From: Octopus vulgaris | Lineage: Eukaryota | Assembly (NCBI GenBank): GCA_951406725.2 | Contig: OX597815.1 | Location: 53,320,001 to 53,384,000, forward strand | Length of the DNA stretch: 64,000 bases | Direction of reading: 5' to 3' | Part shown: one piece after another, positions 42,251-53,718 of the stretch | Layout of the letters: every line of letters begins with the position of its first letter | How positions within the stretch are numbered: position 1 is the stretch's first letter | Program-made: the position numbers and the translations under genes | The notes under the pieces: model-generated | Databases searched by the model: none | Told to the model about the DNA's origin: nothing | What the model saw: only the letters and a program-made list of their open reading frames with translations

Positions 42251-43159
42251 TGCTGAAATGTCATTATGTTCTGAATTCAAATATTTCCAGAATCTAACTT
42301 TGTTGAACAGTGTCTTCTGGGTTCAAGAAAACAGGTGCCATACTATTCGACTGGGGATCCATTCAATTGGATATTGTCCATCCGTAGCAATATATGACCA
42401 TGTCCAACACGTATTTCTATTAGAGGGGAACGATAGGTGACAGAATTCATCAAGTGACAGACACAAATGCAATGGGCTCTTGGCTATACCTGTTTACACT
42501 ATGAGATCAAATACTGTTAAGGGCGATTTTATCTTTCATAGATCCGAAGTGTATATAATATAATAATAATCAAGTTATAAATTTTGACCGGTCCTTTTTC
42601 CAAAATGTGTGACCTTATCATATCATTAAGTTCATGGCTATAAAGATAGCTCTTTACGAGCTAACCTCTGACTAAAGGCATGTTTTTCAATATCAGAAAC
42701 TAAATTGATTATAAGCAGTAATTTAAGGGGAAATTGCTAGCTATTTGTCGTCGGGCGAACGATTACGTGTAAACTTTCCTTCCTCTTTGGTTCGACAAAT
42801 TACTATTTATTTGTATTTGACGGATAGAAAGCTTTAAGAAAAGGCCTAATCTCAGACAATAACATAACAATCTTCTATAAACTGGGGTCAAATTACATCA
42901 TATACTCGTCTGAGAAATTGGGTAGTCCGGACATCGTGTGCAAATCCGTCAAATGGAACATACGTGTAATTAGAAGAACCAGCCTTGTCACTTATTGTGT
43001 CACATAGAAGCTGACTGGAAATTATGTTAAAGATCGTCGTCGTCATGTATAGAATGCTTTTGCAGTTCGCTGATAACATTATAATGAAAGTCTTCAACGA
43101 AAGTTAAGAGCGAGTTCTCCCATCAAATGAAGCAATAGGGTTACCTCGTTCTGACCTTC

Positions 43160-43215
43160 TCATAGTGTTTTCCTGGCATAGACATTGGGGTGGTTTGCCA
43201 TTGCTTACTCGAACT
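43160..43215 (-). mobile_element. RTE/BovB-type motif fragment (may extend to ~43420)
   Basis: gtgttttcctggcatagacattggggtggtttgccattgc resembles the reverse complement of the RTE/BovB motif GCAATGGCAAACCACTCCAGTATTCTTGCCAAGAAAAC (recalled, not searched). Confidence 0.5.
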
Positions 43216-43572
43216 GGATGGACGTTGGCCCTTCAACAGCTCTTGTTTTTAGTCTTGCTAGATGTCCAGACACTCTCCTCATAAGGGTAGCAAGCTACTC
43301 AAGTGGAGGAGCCGACCGCTCGACCACGAAACAGGGAGTACTGATTTACATGGTACCAGTAGCAGGTCTTCATCAGCTTGTGATGAGATCCCTGACCGTT
43401 AAAGGTACAACTATCTACAAAATACTCAGCCATAAACACTCTAGTTCCGCAGACTGAACAAGTCATCTGTAATTTCTCAAAATAGCGATCCATTTATAAA
43501 CTCCTTTAAATCATCTATAGTAACAACAAATGACAAATTACAACAAATAACTTCATTATCTTCTATTATGAG

Positions 43573-43770
43573 TAGGCGGTGAGATGGCAGAATCGCTAGT
43601 CCGCCAACAAAAAAGTTGAGGTGCATTTCTTACAGCTTTACGCTCTGAGTTCAAATTCCGCCGTGGTCAACTTTGTCTCTCACTCTTTCGAGATCGAGAA
43701 AATAAAGTACCAGTCAATGTAAGTGACTAGCCCCCAGCCCCGAATTTCCACCTTTATAGAAAGACTTATT
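43573..43770 (+). mobile_element. SINE family A copy
   Basis: aggcggtgagatggcagaatcgctag..ctctgagttcaaattccgcc..aaataaagtaccagtc. Confidence 0.85.
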
Positions 43771-44386
43771 TTCCATCAGATATGGATTCCAGAGATACAA
43801 ATCTGTCTCACAAATGTTCTTTTTCCTCATTATACCAAACTATTGCTGATCGAAACTGAATAGTCCGTTGATATTTTCAATTAAATATCACTGACGCATT
43901 CGCCTCCCCTACTCTGGGCCATGAACTACTATCAACACAACTATAGATACTGTTCTTATTACTATACCCATCCTTTTTCTCTTCCCAGAACGTCGGCTTG
44001 CAGGAAATTTGTCCCAGCCACAGATTTTCTTGCAGCCGATATATTTCAACTATTTAAGAACATTCACTGTGTTGATCAGATATATATGTGAAGGCAATGA
44101 TTGTAGATCCATCTGCAGACAAAATCGGTAAAACTTAAAAGGCCAATACCTACCAAATAAGATATCGTGGATCTAGGTATAAATCGATGATATTGTACAT
44201 GTACAGGAGGTGCTATACACAACCATTCTCGTGCCTTAGATGATTTCATCATATTTGAAGTTCATCTTTTCATATATCCACTCAATATTGCTTACTAATG
44301 CGCTGTGGACAAGTCTACCCGCACGAGCGCGCGCGCACATACACACACACACACATACAAATATAACATATATATATGTATATATG

Positions 44387-44440
<54 letters not shown>

Positions 44441-44447
<7 letters not shown>

Positions 44448-45280
44448 ATATTTAGGAATGGTCATATTGCCAGTTTAGCCAATAAAAACACACGCACTAT
44501 ATATTTGGTGTTATTTTGCTTCAGTGATATTTATTTCTTACATTAATCTTAATCTTATTTCGGCCAAAGTTCTTTCGTCACACTCCTGTGACCGCATCAG
44601 TGGTCCTTTGTTTTCTTCTCACTTACTTGTGTCTCCCCTTACTAACCGTCAGCCATTTTGTATTTCTATTGTATGTCTTCATTTGCGCATGCTTATATCT
44701 CTATGTGCGTCTATGTTTATTTAGTGTGTGTGGGGGGGATGCCTGTAATATTTGTATCTTCTGGTTATATACATTCTTGTAATTTGTATTTTGTTTTTGT
44801 TGTTGTTGCTTTTGTTCTAATTTTGTTCATGTGTTTACATCCACCCATTATTATCATTACATATGCTTGTATGTATGTATAACAACAAAATTAGTAATAA
44901 TAATAATAAATCTAATTGAAAAAAAAAAAATATATATATATATATATATACATATATATATAAAATATTAGTTATCGCCATACCAATATGGCATTCTTAT
45001 AAAAATAAGAATAAAGCTGACCGCTTATTACCTCCATGAGGACATCGCCTTAAGTTAGCTATTTGATACTATTTGTTAGTAAGGAGAGACACAAGTAAGT
45101 GAGAAGAAAACAAAGGACCACTGATGCGGTCACAGGAGTGTGACGAAAGAACTTTGGCCGAAATAAGATTAAGATTAATGTAAGAAATAAATATCACTGA
45201 AGCAAAATAACACCAAATATATAGTGCGTGTGTTTTTATTGGCTAAACTGGCAATATGACCATTCCTAAATATAACAATA
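44441..45280. repeat. Inverted duplication: 206-bp arms (44441-44646 / 45075-45280), 428-bp spacer, 1 mismatch
   Basis: Direct reverse-complement comparison; the left arm starts at a (TA)n tract. Confidence 0.97.
45115..45159 (+). ncRNA. Atypical hammerhead-like motif (core CUGAUGCG); mirror copy at ~44562-44606 (-)
   Basis: GG(A)CCA-CUGAUGCG-GUCAC(aggagu)GUGAC-GAAA-G-AA-CUU/UGGCC. Confidence 0.55.
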
Positions 45281-45334
45281 TCTGTTTCAACACACGACTT
45301 CACATAAAAAATCTTGCACAACAAATATTTAAAC

Positions 45335-45371
<37 letters not shown>

Positions 45372-45374
<3 letters not shown>

Positions 45375-45760
45375 TCGTGGCACTCCGTCGGTTACGGCGA
45401 CGAGGGTTCCAGTTGATCCGATCAACGGAACAGACTGCTCGTGAAAGTAACATGCAAGTGGCTGAGCACTCAACAGACACGTGTACCCTTAATGTTGTTC
45501 TCGGGGAGATTCAGCGTGACTCAGAGTGTGAAAAGGTTGGCCCTTTGAAATACAGGTACAACAGAAACAAGAAGAAAGAGTAAAAGAAAGTTGTGGTGAA
45601 AGTGTACAGCCGTGTTCGCGACCCCACCCCCTGTCAGAGCCTCGTGGAACTTCAGATATTTTCGCTCAATAAACGCTCACAACGTCGGTCAAGGAATCGA
45701 AACTGCCATCCTACGACCGCGAGTCTGCTGCCCTAACCACTGGGCCATTGTGCTTCCACA
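45372..45760 (-). mobile_element. tRNA-derived SINE family D, full length, inserted in (TA)n
   Basis: Minus-strand head gtggaagcacaatggcccagtggttagggcag..gtttcgattcc (A/B boxes); homologous to 57931-58255. Confidence 0.85.
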
Positions 45761-45802
45761 TATATCTATATATTAATATATACATGCATACATACGTATG
45801 TA

Positions 45803-45881
<79 letters not shown>

Positions 45882-46417
45882 GCTTATGTGTCTGTAAAGC
45901 GGCTGGCTCCATCGTTGATCGTTGACCAAAATACTAAACAACATCACTGCTGATTCTTTAGATTCTGAATTCAAAAGACATGTGGTCACATTTGTCTTTC
46001 ATTCCATTCCAGAGCAAGAAAATAAAGTGTCGTCCAAGAACTGGAGTCGATGTTATCAACTTGTCGCCGTGGATCTTGTAATGGATCGGCAACATTCAGG
46101 GGTAATGTTATGACCACGGTCCCTTATACGCCATGCAAACCCGAGAAACTGGTATTCGGAGTCCCAGGACCCAAGGTAGATAACTGCATCCGTGTGTGTA
46201 GGTGTGGGTGCGCGTGCACCCGTATGTGTGTGTTTGTGAGTATGTGAGTATGTATGTGTGTGTGTGCGTGCGCGCACTCAATGTATACATATATGACATG
46301 ATATATACAATATACGCTTGTGTGCATATGTATATATATACGTGTGAGTGTGCCAAGTATATGTGTGTGTGTGGTGTGTGTATATATATATATATGTTTG
46401 TATGTATATATATATAT

Positions 46418-47002
46418 ACAAGAAAAAAGCAACAAAAATGGATTAGTTGTTCAGTACAGTTGTTTCATACGAAGAACAGCTTTATTAAAAGCTGCAAATA
46501 TTGCAGCAAATACAAGTGTCCCGTATTCATCAGCCAAAATACATATGAGTTTTCCAAACATCCTAGTGGGTGAGGCTATACTCATGAAGTATCGAAGAGA
46601 GTTCTATAAAAAGCAAATTTAGATTGTAAGCAGACTTCAAATTCATCGTCTCTGAGTATGAAATATCTCTTCATATCTCCGGAAATTACACCTACATTAT
46701 TATGGATGGATTTACCTTTTCTGTGAAGGTAACAAGCTTTTTAAAAAACTTTTATAAAACTGTGCATCATTAGAGAACTTTTGAAGTCTGCTTACAATCT
46801 AAATTTGCTTTTTATAGAACTCTCTCGATACTTCATGAATGTAGCCTCACCCCCTAGGATGTTTGGAAAACTCATATGTGTTTTGGCTGATGAATACGGG
46901 ACACTTGTATTTGCTGCAATGTTTGCAGCTTTTTATAAAGCTGTTCTTCGTATGAAACAATTGTACTGAACAACTAATCCATTTTTGTTGCTTTTTTCTT
47001 GT
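46418..47002. repeat. Inverted duplication: ~224-bp arms (46418-46641 / 46780-47002), 138-bp spacer
   Basis: Reverse-complement arms with a handful of substitutions and one indel; the left arm abuts (TA)n. Confidence 0.97.
46882..46970 (+). ncRNA. Hammerhead motif with branched stem II; mirror copy at ~46450-46540 (-)
   Basis: UUUGG-CUGAUGA-AUACGG[..hairpins..]UCGUAU-GAAA-C-AAUU-GUA/CUGAA. Confidence 0.78.
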
Positions 47003-47119
47003 TTATAATCACCCCGCATTATTTTATGGTTAATACCATATAGATTTCCGGTGCATCTAAGTTAAGTACCGCATTCATGTGAATTCATTGGAACTCACTT
47101 GAATCTTAATTGCTTTTAC

Positions 47120-47199
<80 letters not shown>

Positions 47200-47329
47200 T
47201 ACATATACATATATATATATATATATATTTTTATTCTCTAGTTTGTATATGTATATATGTTTATTCTCTAGTATGTATATGTATATACAAATATAAAATA
47301 TACGATATACGCTTGTGCGTATCTATCTA

Positions 47330-47376
<47 letters not shown>

Positions 47377-47720
47377 GTGTGCATGTGCATGACTGTAAGA
47401 GTACATATTTACTAGCTGAGAATTATATGTAGGTGTATATGTATGACTGCATTAAACATTCATACCATTTTAATCTCTATACAATTATCTTACAATTTGT
47501 CACTTAACATCTTATGGGTGCGTCGAATGTCTTACTGTATATAAAAAAAACTTCGGTATATATGTACACACCCATCTTTAGAGACAAGCAGTGCCAACCT
47601 GCGTTCTCATATACTTATGAATACACGCATATACACACAAACACAGTGGCAAATCACGAGCACACACATTCATAAAGTTACACACACACATATATATACA
47701 CTCCAGTGTGTCTGTGTGTG

Positions 47721-48027
<307 letters not shown>

Positions 48028-48081
48028 TATATATGTATGTATATATACAGATAGAGTCAGACAGACAGGATAGACATAGAT

Positions 48082-48119
<38 letters not shown>

Positions 48120-49199
48120 TTAGATAGAGAAAGGCAAAAATGCGAATTGTCAATTCCAATCTTGTGTAAGGAATATTACGTGACTTATAAATGTATCAAA
48201 GAAAAATAGTGTGAAAGAGCAATGTACCGAGAGAGCTGATGATGATAAGAATGTGGGAGAGAGAGAGAAAGGCGGGCGAGAGAGGGAGAGAGATAAGAAT
48301 TGAATGGTGGATGAACAAATAGAGAAATCTAGAAAATCAGGGAAATAGACAGTGAGCAGTAGTCTTAATAGTTGTGTAACTCAGTGAGTAGGTGTGAAGT
48401 GAGATTAATCGTGAAGGCTCCATTGAAAGAATAGCTTGGTACTGACTACAAATCAGTTAGAAAGGCAAAGATAGGAAAGTAATCTATACAATTCTTGTTG
48501 ACAAAGTAGAGAATGCTGGAAGTTAATGTTAATTGTAAAGCAAATAAATGCATAGATACCCACTACACACTCACACACGTGTATATATACATCTATATAA
48601 GTGTATACACATGTATGTATATATGTATGTTTGTAGGTATGTATGTATGTAAGTATGTATATTCACAAAGAATGTTAACAATAAACTTTTGTAATAGAAA
48701 GTAAAAATACAACTATTTTAATAAGAACAAAAGCGAAAAATTCTTGCGTGAATACGAAAGTATATACGCACTTCTTAGTTGATAGGGGAAACATTTATTG
48801 TTGTTATTTTTGTTTTGGGATTTTGTTTTTATTGTTGTTTATTCAAACAAATTAAATAAATAAACAAACAGATACACACATTCGGAATAACACGTTCAGC
48901 CGACAAAGTTTGAATTGTAAGTGGTGTTTGTAATTTTGGATTAAATTAGCGGTGAGATGTGCTTGAAGTGGTTTCGAGTTCTTGTCGCAGATATTTTACC
49001 TTACTTCACTTAGATCGCGCCATGTAAAACATAAGCGTTTTCTATCTTTTATAGACTTGTATTTTAAAAAGAAAATAATTCTCACTAAGATAAGCCATAT
49101 TCAATGTGAGTAGGCAGCTATGTTCCCTTTGTAATACGCTGACACTTCTACAGCTAAAAACAGATGTGGGTTAAACATGTAGTAAATACGATACACGAC

Positions 49200-49520
49200 A
49201 ACAATCTGACTAGATTAATCTGATTCATACCTGTCCATATTTAGAAAGTAATTAAAACACCCGTTCAGTTATCAAGTGCAGAAACGAAGATCTCTGTACT
49301 GTTATAGACATTTCGAACCTTACCGTTTTTGACGAAAACATCGCCCTAGAGGGAGTCGAGAAACTCTCAAAGTACAAAGATCTTGAAATGGAAATAATCA
49401 GAATGAGGGATATGAAAGTGAAAACAGTTAAGTAATAGCAGAGGCACTAAATATGATAAAGAAGAAATGCTCACAATCTTTAAATATGTGAGATATTTCA
49501 ATATCTGTAAGTGTATACAG
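49200..49520 (+). mobile_element. Degraded C-terminus of a Dong/R4-clade non-LTR retrotransposon
   Basis: CTVIDIS..DENIALEGVEKLSKYKDLEMEIIRMRDMKVKTV..VIAEALNMIKK parallels the R4/Dong REL end (IDVS.P.D.N...KE.EK..KY.DL..E..RMW......P.IVGALG.I.K). Confidence 0.75.
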
Positions 49521-50489
49521 AGGTGTTGTGATTGCTGTTAAAAGGTGATTATCATCATTGTTTTATAGTATTTGAGACAGTATCGCATCTTTTACCAATA
49601 GTGCATCAGATTGTCTCCTGTCAGGTGAGATATATTTTACTTCTCAAATACAAGCCAAAGGCTTGATTTGCTGAACAAAAGAGTTCCACGTGAAAATTGT
49701 ATTCTTACATGTTTCAAACAAGCCATGACTGCTTTCATTGAAAAACTCAAGTTGTTCCTAAGATGTTGTACTTGGTGCAGTTCCCGAAAGGGGATACTAT
49801 TGACACCTAAGTACAAGACAATGAAATGTTTGTGCATGTTCATCATTTGAAGCATATGTACAGCGACGTAGATACTCGATTCAGCGAGCTGTATGGCATT
49901 GCTTTTCTCATTTATTATCTTGGTGAATTTGGCTTTGGCCAGTGGACTATTAAAAACCCACAACTGTAAATGGCAAAAAGATGTTCAGCAAATATTACAT
50001 GTGACCGCTCGAGGGACAACTCAGAACCTCTGGTTAAATAACCAAGAGAAAACTACACACATAATCGATGCTCGATAGAGAAAATACATACTAACTATTC
50101 ACACATATATTTTACTCATGTATGACCTACGATATAACGCATTACGTTCACATATATAATCTAGAAAATAACACCAACATTTAAACATACTAGTAGAAAG
50201 ATTGCCCTCCGAGTGTTTTTCTGCTAGCCACTCGATAATATTTTTGCATTTGATTCCCAATTCTAATATTTCATATATTTTACGTCTAATTATTTCTTTG
50301 TATAATTGTGCTCACTTGCTTAGTAAATATTGCTTTCATTATTTTATCACAGTCATAATCTCTCTTTTTGAAACAAACATCAGGGTAGTCCAACAACAGA
50401 GGAAGAGTCAGTTTGTCAAGTTTTACCCTCCTCTCAAAGCAACATAGAAATTTCAATTCAGTAGCCCATCTGTAAGATTGCAGTGTCTA

Positions 50490-50537
<48 letters not shown>

Positions 50538-51199
50538 GGAGAAAGAACATTGCAAACAATGAATGAAATAAACATGAAATGAAAAAATCGTATAAATAAA
50601 AGGGCATTACTACAGATGTATACGCCCCAAACTTTGTTGTCTCATAACATCCAGAAAAATGGATACATTTTAACAAAATTTTATACAATACCTCTTAGAT
50701 GTTGTGGCTTCAGAATATATAGAGATTTATAGGAAAGAATTTTTCCGAGGGAGCGGAGACAGGATTTTTCGTAAAATTCACGCGATCTTAATGTTTTCCC
50801 TTATAACTTTCAGGAAGATGGGTATCTTTTAATGAAAATTTATAGAAGTCCCTTCAAACGGTATAGATTACGATTATAAAGAAATTTGTGGGGGAAACTT
50901 TTTCAGGGCTTTTCCCCATTTTTTAACCACGACCTTCAAAATGATGGGGTTGAGGAGGGAGTATCTTTGTATGAAAAGAGCATTGAAAACTCTTTTTACA
51001 CCCCTTCCTCATCCTCCCAATATTATGGTCAATTCTTTTTTTGCACTTCAAAACCATGGAAAGAACATTTTCGGTAATTTAAAAAAAAAAATATTAATAG
51101 TGAGTGAATTAAGTGCGATTTGGCTGTTGTTTCTAGCACATCCGAAGACAACCCACTTCGTTTATCACTCTCGCATGTTTTTCAATGTTTTTTCCCTAT

Positions 51200-51395
51200 A
51201 AGCCGACGAGCCGGAAGAAACGTAAGCATGCCGGGCGAATTGCTTAGCAGTATTTCGTCAGTATTCCGCCGAGGTCGACTTTGCCTTTTATCCTTTCGGG
51301 GTCGATAAATTAAGTACCAGTTGCGTACTGGAGTCGATCTAATCGACAAACCCCTCCCCAAAGATTTCGGGCCTTGTGCCTAGAGTAGAGAAGAA
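51200..51395 (+). mobile_element. SINE family A copy with imperfect TSD
   Basis: Family A core; aatgttttttccctataa before and aatattttttctccataa after. Confidence 0.88.
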
Positions 51396-51632
51396 TATTT
51401 TTTCTCCATAAATACATTTATATGCTATAAAAAAAAAAGAAATTATGAATCTTTTGCAACCCCACCCCCTTCCTCCGATTGTTTCTGTTTAGAAATTAAA
51501 ATATTGGGGAGCCTGAGAGGGCCATTGCTGCCATTTATCCACAGTCATTTAAAAAAAATTACGAAGATGTACTTGCATAGCGTGGAAGATGTTTGTAAGC
51601 CATTCAAGAACATACAAAAACCGTTAGTTTCA

Positions 51633-51806
51633 CGGCACCACTTAAATACAAAGGTCCTGATGCATCTATGTAACGATATGAAGTGTAGGGTTAGGTTTAG
51701 TTTTAGGGTTGGTTAGGGTTAGGGTGTCATTATAGGTCCACATAGCATACATTTGAAATGTTTTGTACCTCTATTTAAATAATACCTCTGTATTGAAGTA
51801 ATACCG
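51633..51806. mobile_element. Small TIR element containing TTAGGG-like repeats
   Basis: cggcaccacttaaatacaaaggt (51633-51655) vs acctctgtattgaagtaataccg (51784-51806), 18/23 inverted match; internal tagggttaggtttag..ttagggttagggt; tagtttcac repeated at 51625-51633 and 51832-51840. Confidence 0.6.
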
Positions 51807-51863
51807 TTAAGGGACTACCGTTAAGTAGTACTAGTTTCACTTCAACATTTAAATTTCATTTGC

Positions 51864-51908
51864 GTCAAAATATTTTCGCTGCTTTGAAACCGCTATTTGT
51901 TCACTGAC
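51864..51908 (-). ncRNA. Hammerhead-like motif with G3-C8 swapped core; stem II decayed
   Basis: GUCA-GUGAACA-aauagc(gguuucaaa)gcagc-GAAA-AUAU-UU/UGAC. Confidence 0.45.
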
Positions 51909-52039
51909 AAAACTTCACAAAAGTGATGCAGCACGAAGTTTTGTCAGTGAACAACACAGACACGCACACACACACAAGCACATTCATTGTCCTTCATTTG
52001 TGTGTACGTGTATCTATGTGTGTGCGCGAATGTGTATTG

Positions 52040-52093
<54 letters not shown>

Positions 52094-53019
52094 AAGAGAG
52101 AGTCGATCGTGCAACTTGTTTGTGTATATATTTGCTTAGTGGTACAGAGTGGTTGGAAACTGTGAATAAGGTGCAAATTTCGAGTACTTGTCGGTAACAT
52201 TTTCTCCTCGTCTTCTAATTTCTAGGCTCTTCTCACAGCTATCCCACATTCAAAAATTATACGGGTATTTAAAAAACTTTTTATTCAATAAATAATGTTT
52301 TTACATTACGTATACATTAATAAAATAAACTGTGGACTTTCCAAATAGCGAAGTAAAACTTAAAAGAGAAAGTGAGAGACTTTGTAAATGAAAATGGAAT
52401 ACTCTCCAGTGAATGTAATGAATATTTAAATTTGTGAAGAATTGGTGGCAGTGAATGCAATGAATATTCAAATTTGCGAGAAATTGGAGTTAAAAAAAAA
52501 TCACTAAACTTAAGAAGTCGAAACTATAGGAAATTTGTTAGAAAATGAATTTATAAAAATATTTCCAGACGGTCACCCCGTTAATAATTGTTTTCTTTTA
52601 GTAATTTTTGTAATTGTTACAAAATTAATAATTAATTAATAAGCAGCTTTCTTCATTATAGTATAGCAGATATCACAACTCACACAACGGTATGAAAACA
52701 CAGAAAAATGCATCAAATGCATAAATTCCAATGTGTGTGCGTGTGGGGGGTGAGTGTGTGTGTGACTGTGCGTAAGACGAGGTATAAATAAGTCATGAGA
52801 GTAAATTTGGCTTACAGCTGTTTCTAGTAGTCATTATAGGTACGTTAGTGATAGGTTTACTCAATTAGTCTATTGATCAATTGAGAGGAATTGAACGACT
52901 TAAATAATTAATGCTACTTTCGTCAGAGACATTTCTGGTTATGTATGTATGTATGTATGTATGTATGTATGTATGTATGTATGTATGTATGTATGTATGT
53001 ATGTATGTATGTATGTACA

Positions 53020-53240
53020 TGAGGATGCAAGGCTCACTAGTCAAAGTGTCAGACTTACAACATGAGGTCATGAGGTTGTGAATTCGATTCCCAGCTCTTT
53101 AACAAGAAACTTCATTTCACATTGCTTTGGTTCACTTAGCTGTGGAAATGAGTTGCGACATTACTGGTGTCAAATGGCATCGACCATTGCCTTTCCCATC
53201 GACAACATCAATGGCGGGGAGAGAGGAGACTGGTATGCAT
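53020..53240 (+). mobile_element. Diverged tRNA-derived SINE, related to 58848-59108 in its 5' half
   Basis: gtgaattcgattccc (B box), acttcatttcacattgct..ttcacttagctg..aaatgagt. Confidence 0.55.
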
Positions 53241-53304
53241 GGTATGCCTCAGAGGGGAACTCTCTAGCTGCAATCCCATATATCTATGTAAGTGTGTATG
53301 TATG

Positions 53305-53346
<42 letters not shown>

Positions 53347-53445
53347 TACATGCACACGTACATAGATATATGTTTATAAAAAGGCCCCTTCGGTCAGGAG
53401 GATTGCAGCTAGAGAGTTCCCCTCTGAGGTATATCATGCATACCA
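53231..53445. repeat. Short inverted duplication (46-bp arms) around a (TA)n-containing spacer
   Basis: tggtatgcatggtatgcctcagaggggaactctctagctgcaatcc (53231-53276) vs its reverse complement at 53400-53445, 2 mismatches. Confidence 0.92.
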
Positions 53446-53494
<49 letters not shown>

Positions 53495-53690
53495 TTTATT
53501 ATTATTAAAGTTGCAAAAGCATTATGAGCATATCACAAAAAAACTGCTACACAGAGTTTCACGTTCCCAATCGTCGAACAGTTAGATTGGGATTGTAACA
53601 AAATAAAGTTTGTATGTATATTACTCTACCTTCGGTATTCGAGCACTATTCTCCCCCACCTTGTTTCATATTTATGTGCTTACTTTGGCA
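53495..53690. mobile_element. Penelope-like terminal fragment with internal inversion and decayed hammerhead (-, 53543-53584)
   Basis: Minus strand aactgt-tcgacga-ttg-ggaa-cgt-gaaac-tctgt-gta-gcagtt; the downstream part is in plus orientation relative to the homologue at 27798-27940. Confidence 0.55.
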
Positions 53691-53718
53691 TATAAATATA
53701 AATAAATATATAAATATA

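Noticed and set aside
51690-51726. True telomere or chromosome fusion site
   Set aside because: Only a few imperfect TTAGGG units, one orientation, enclosed in a small element.
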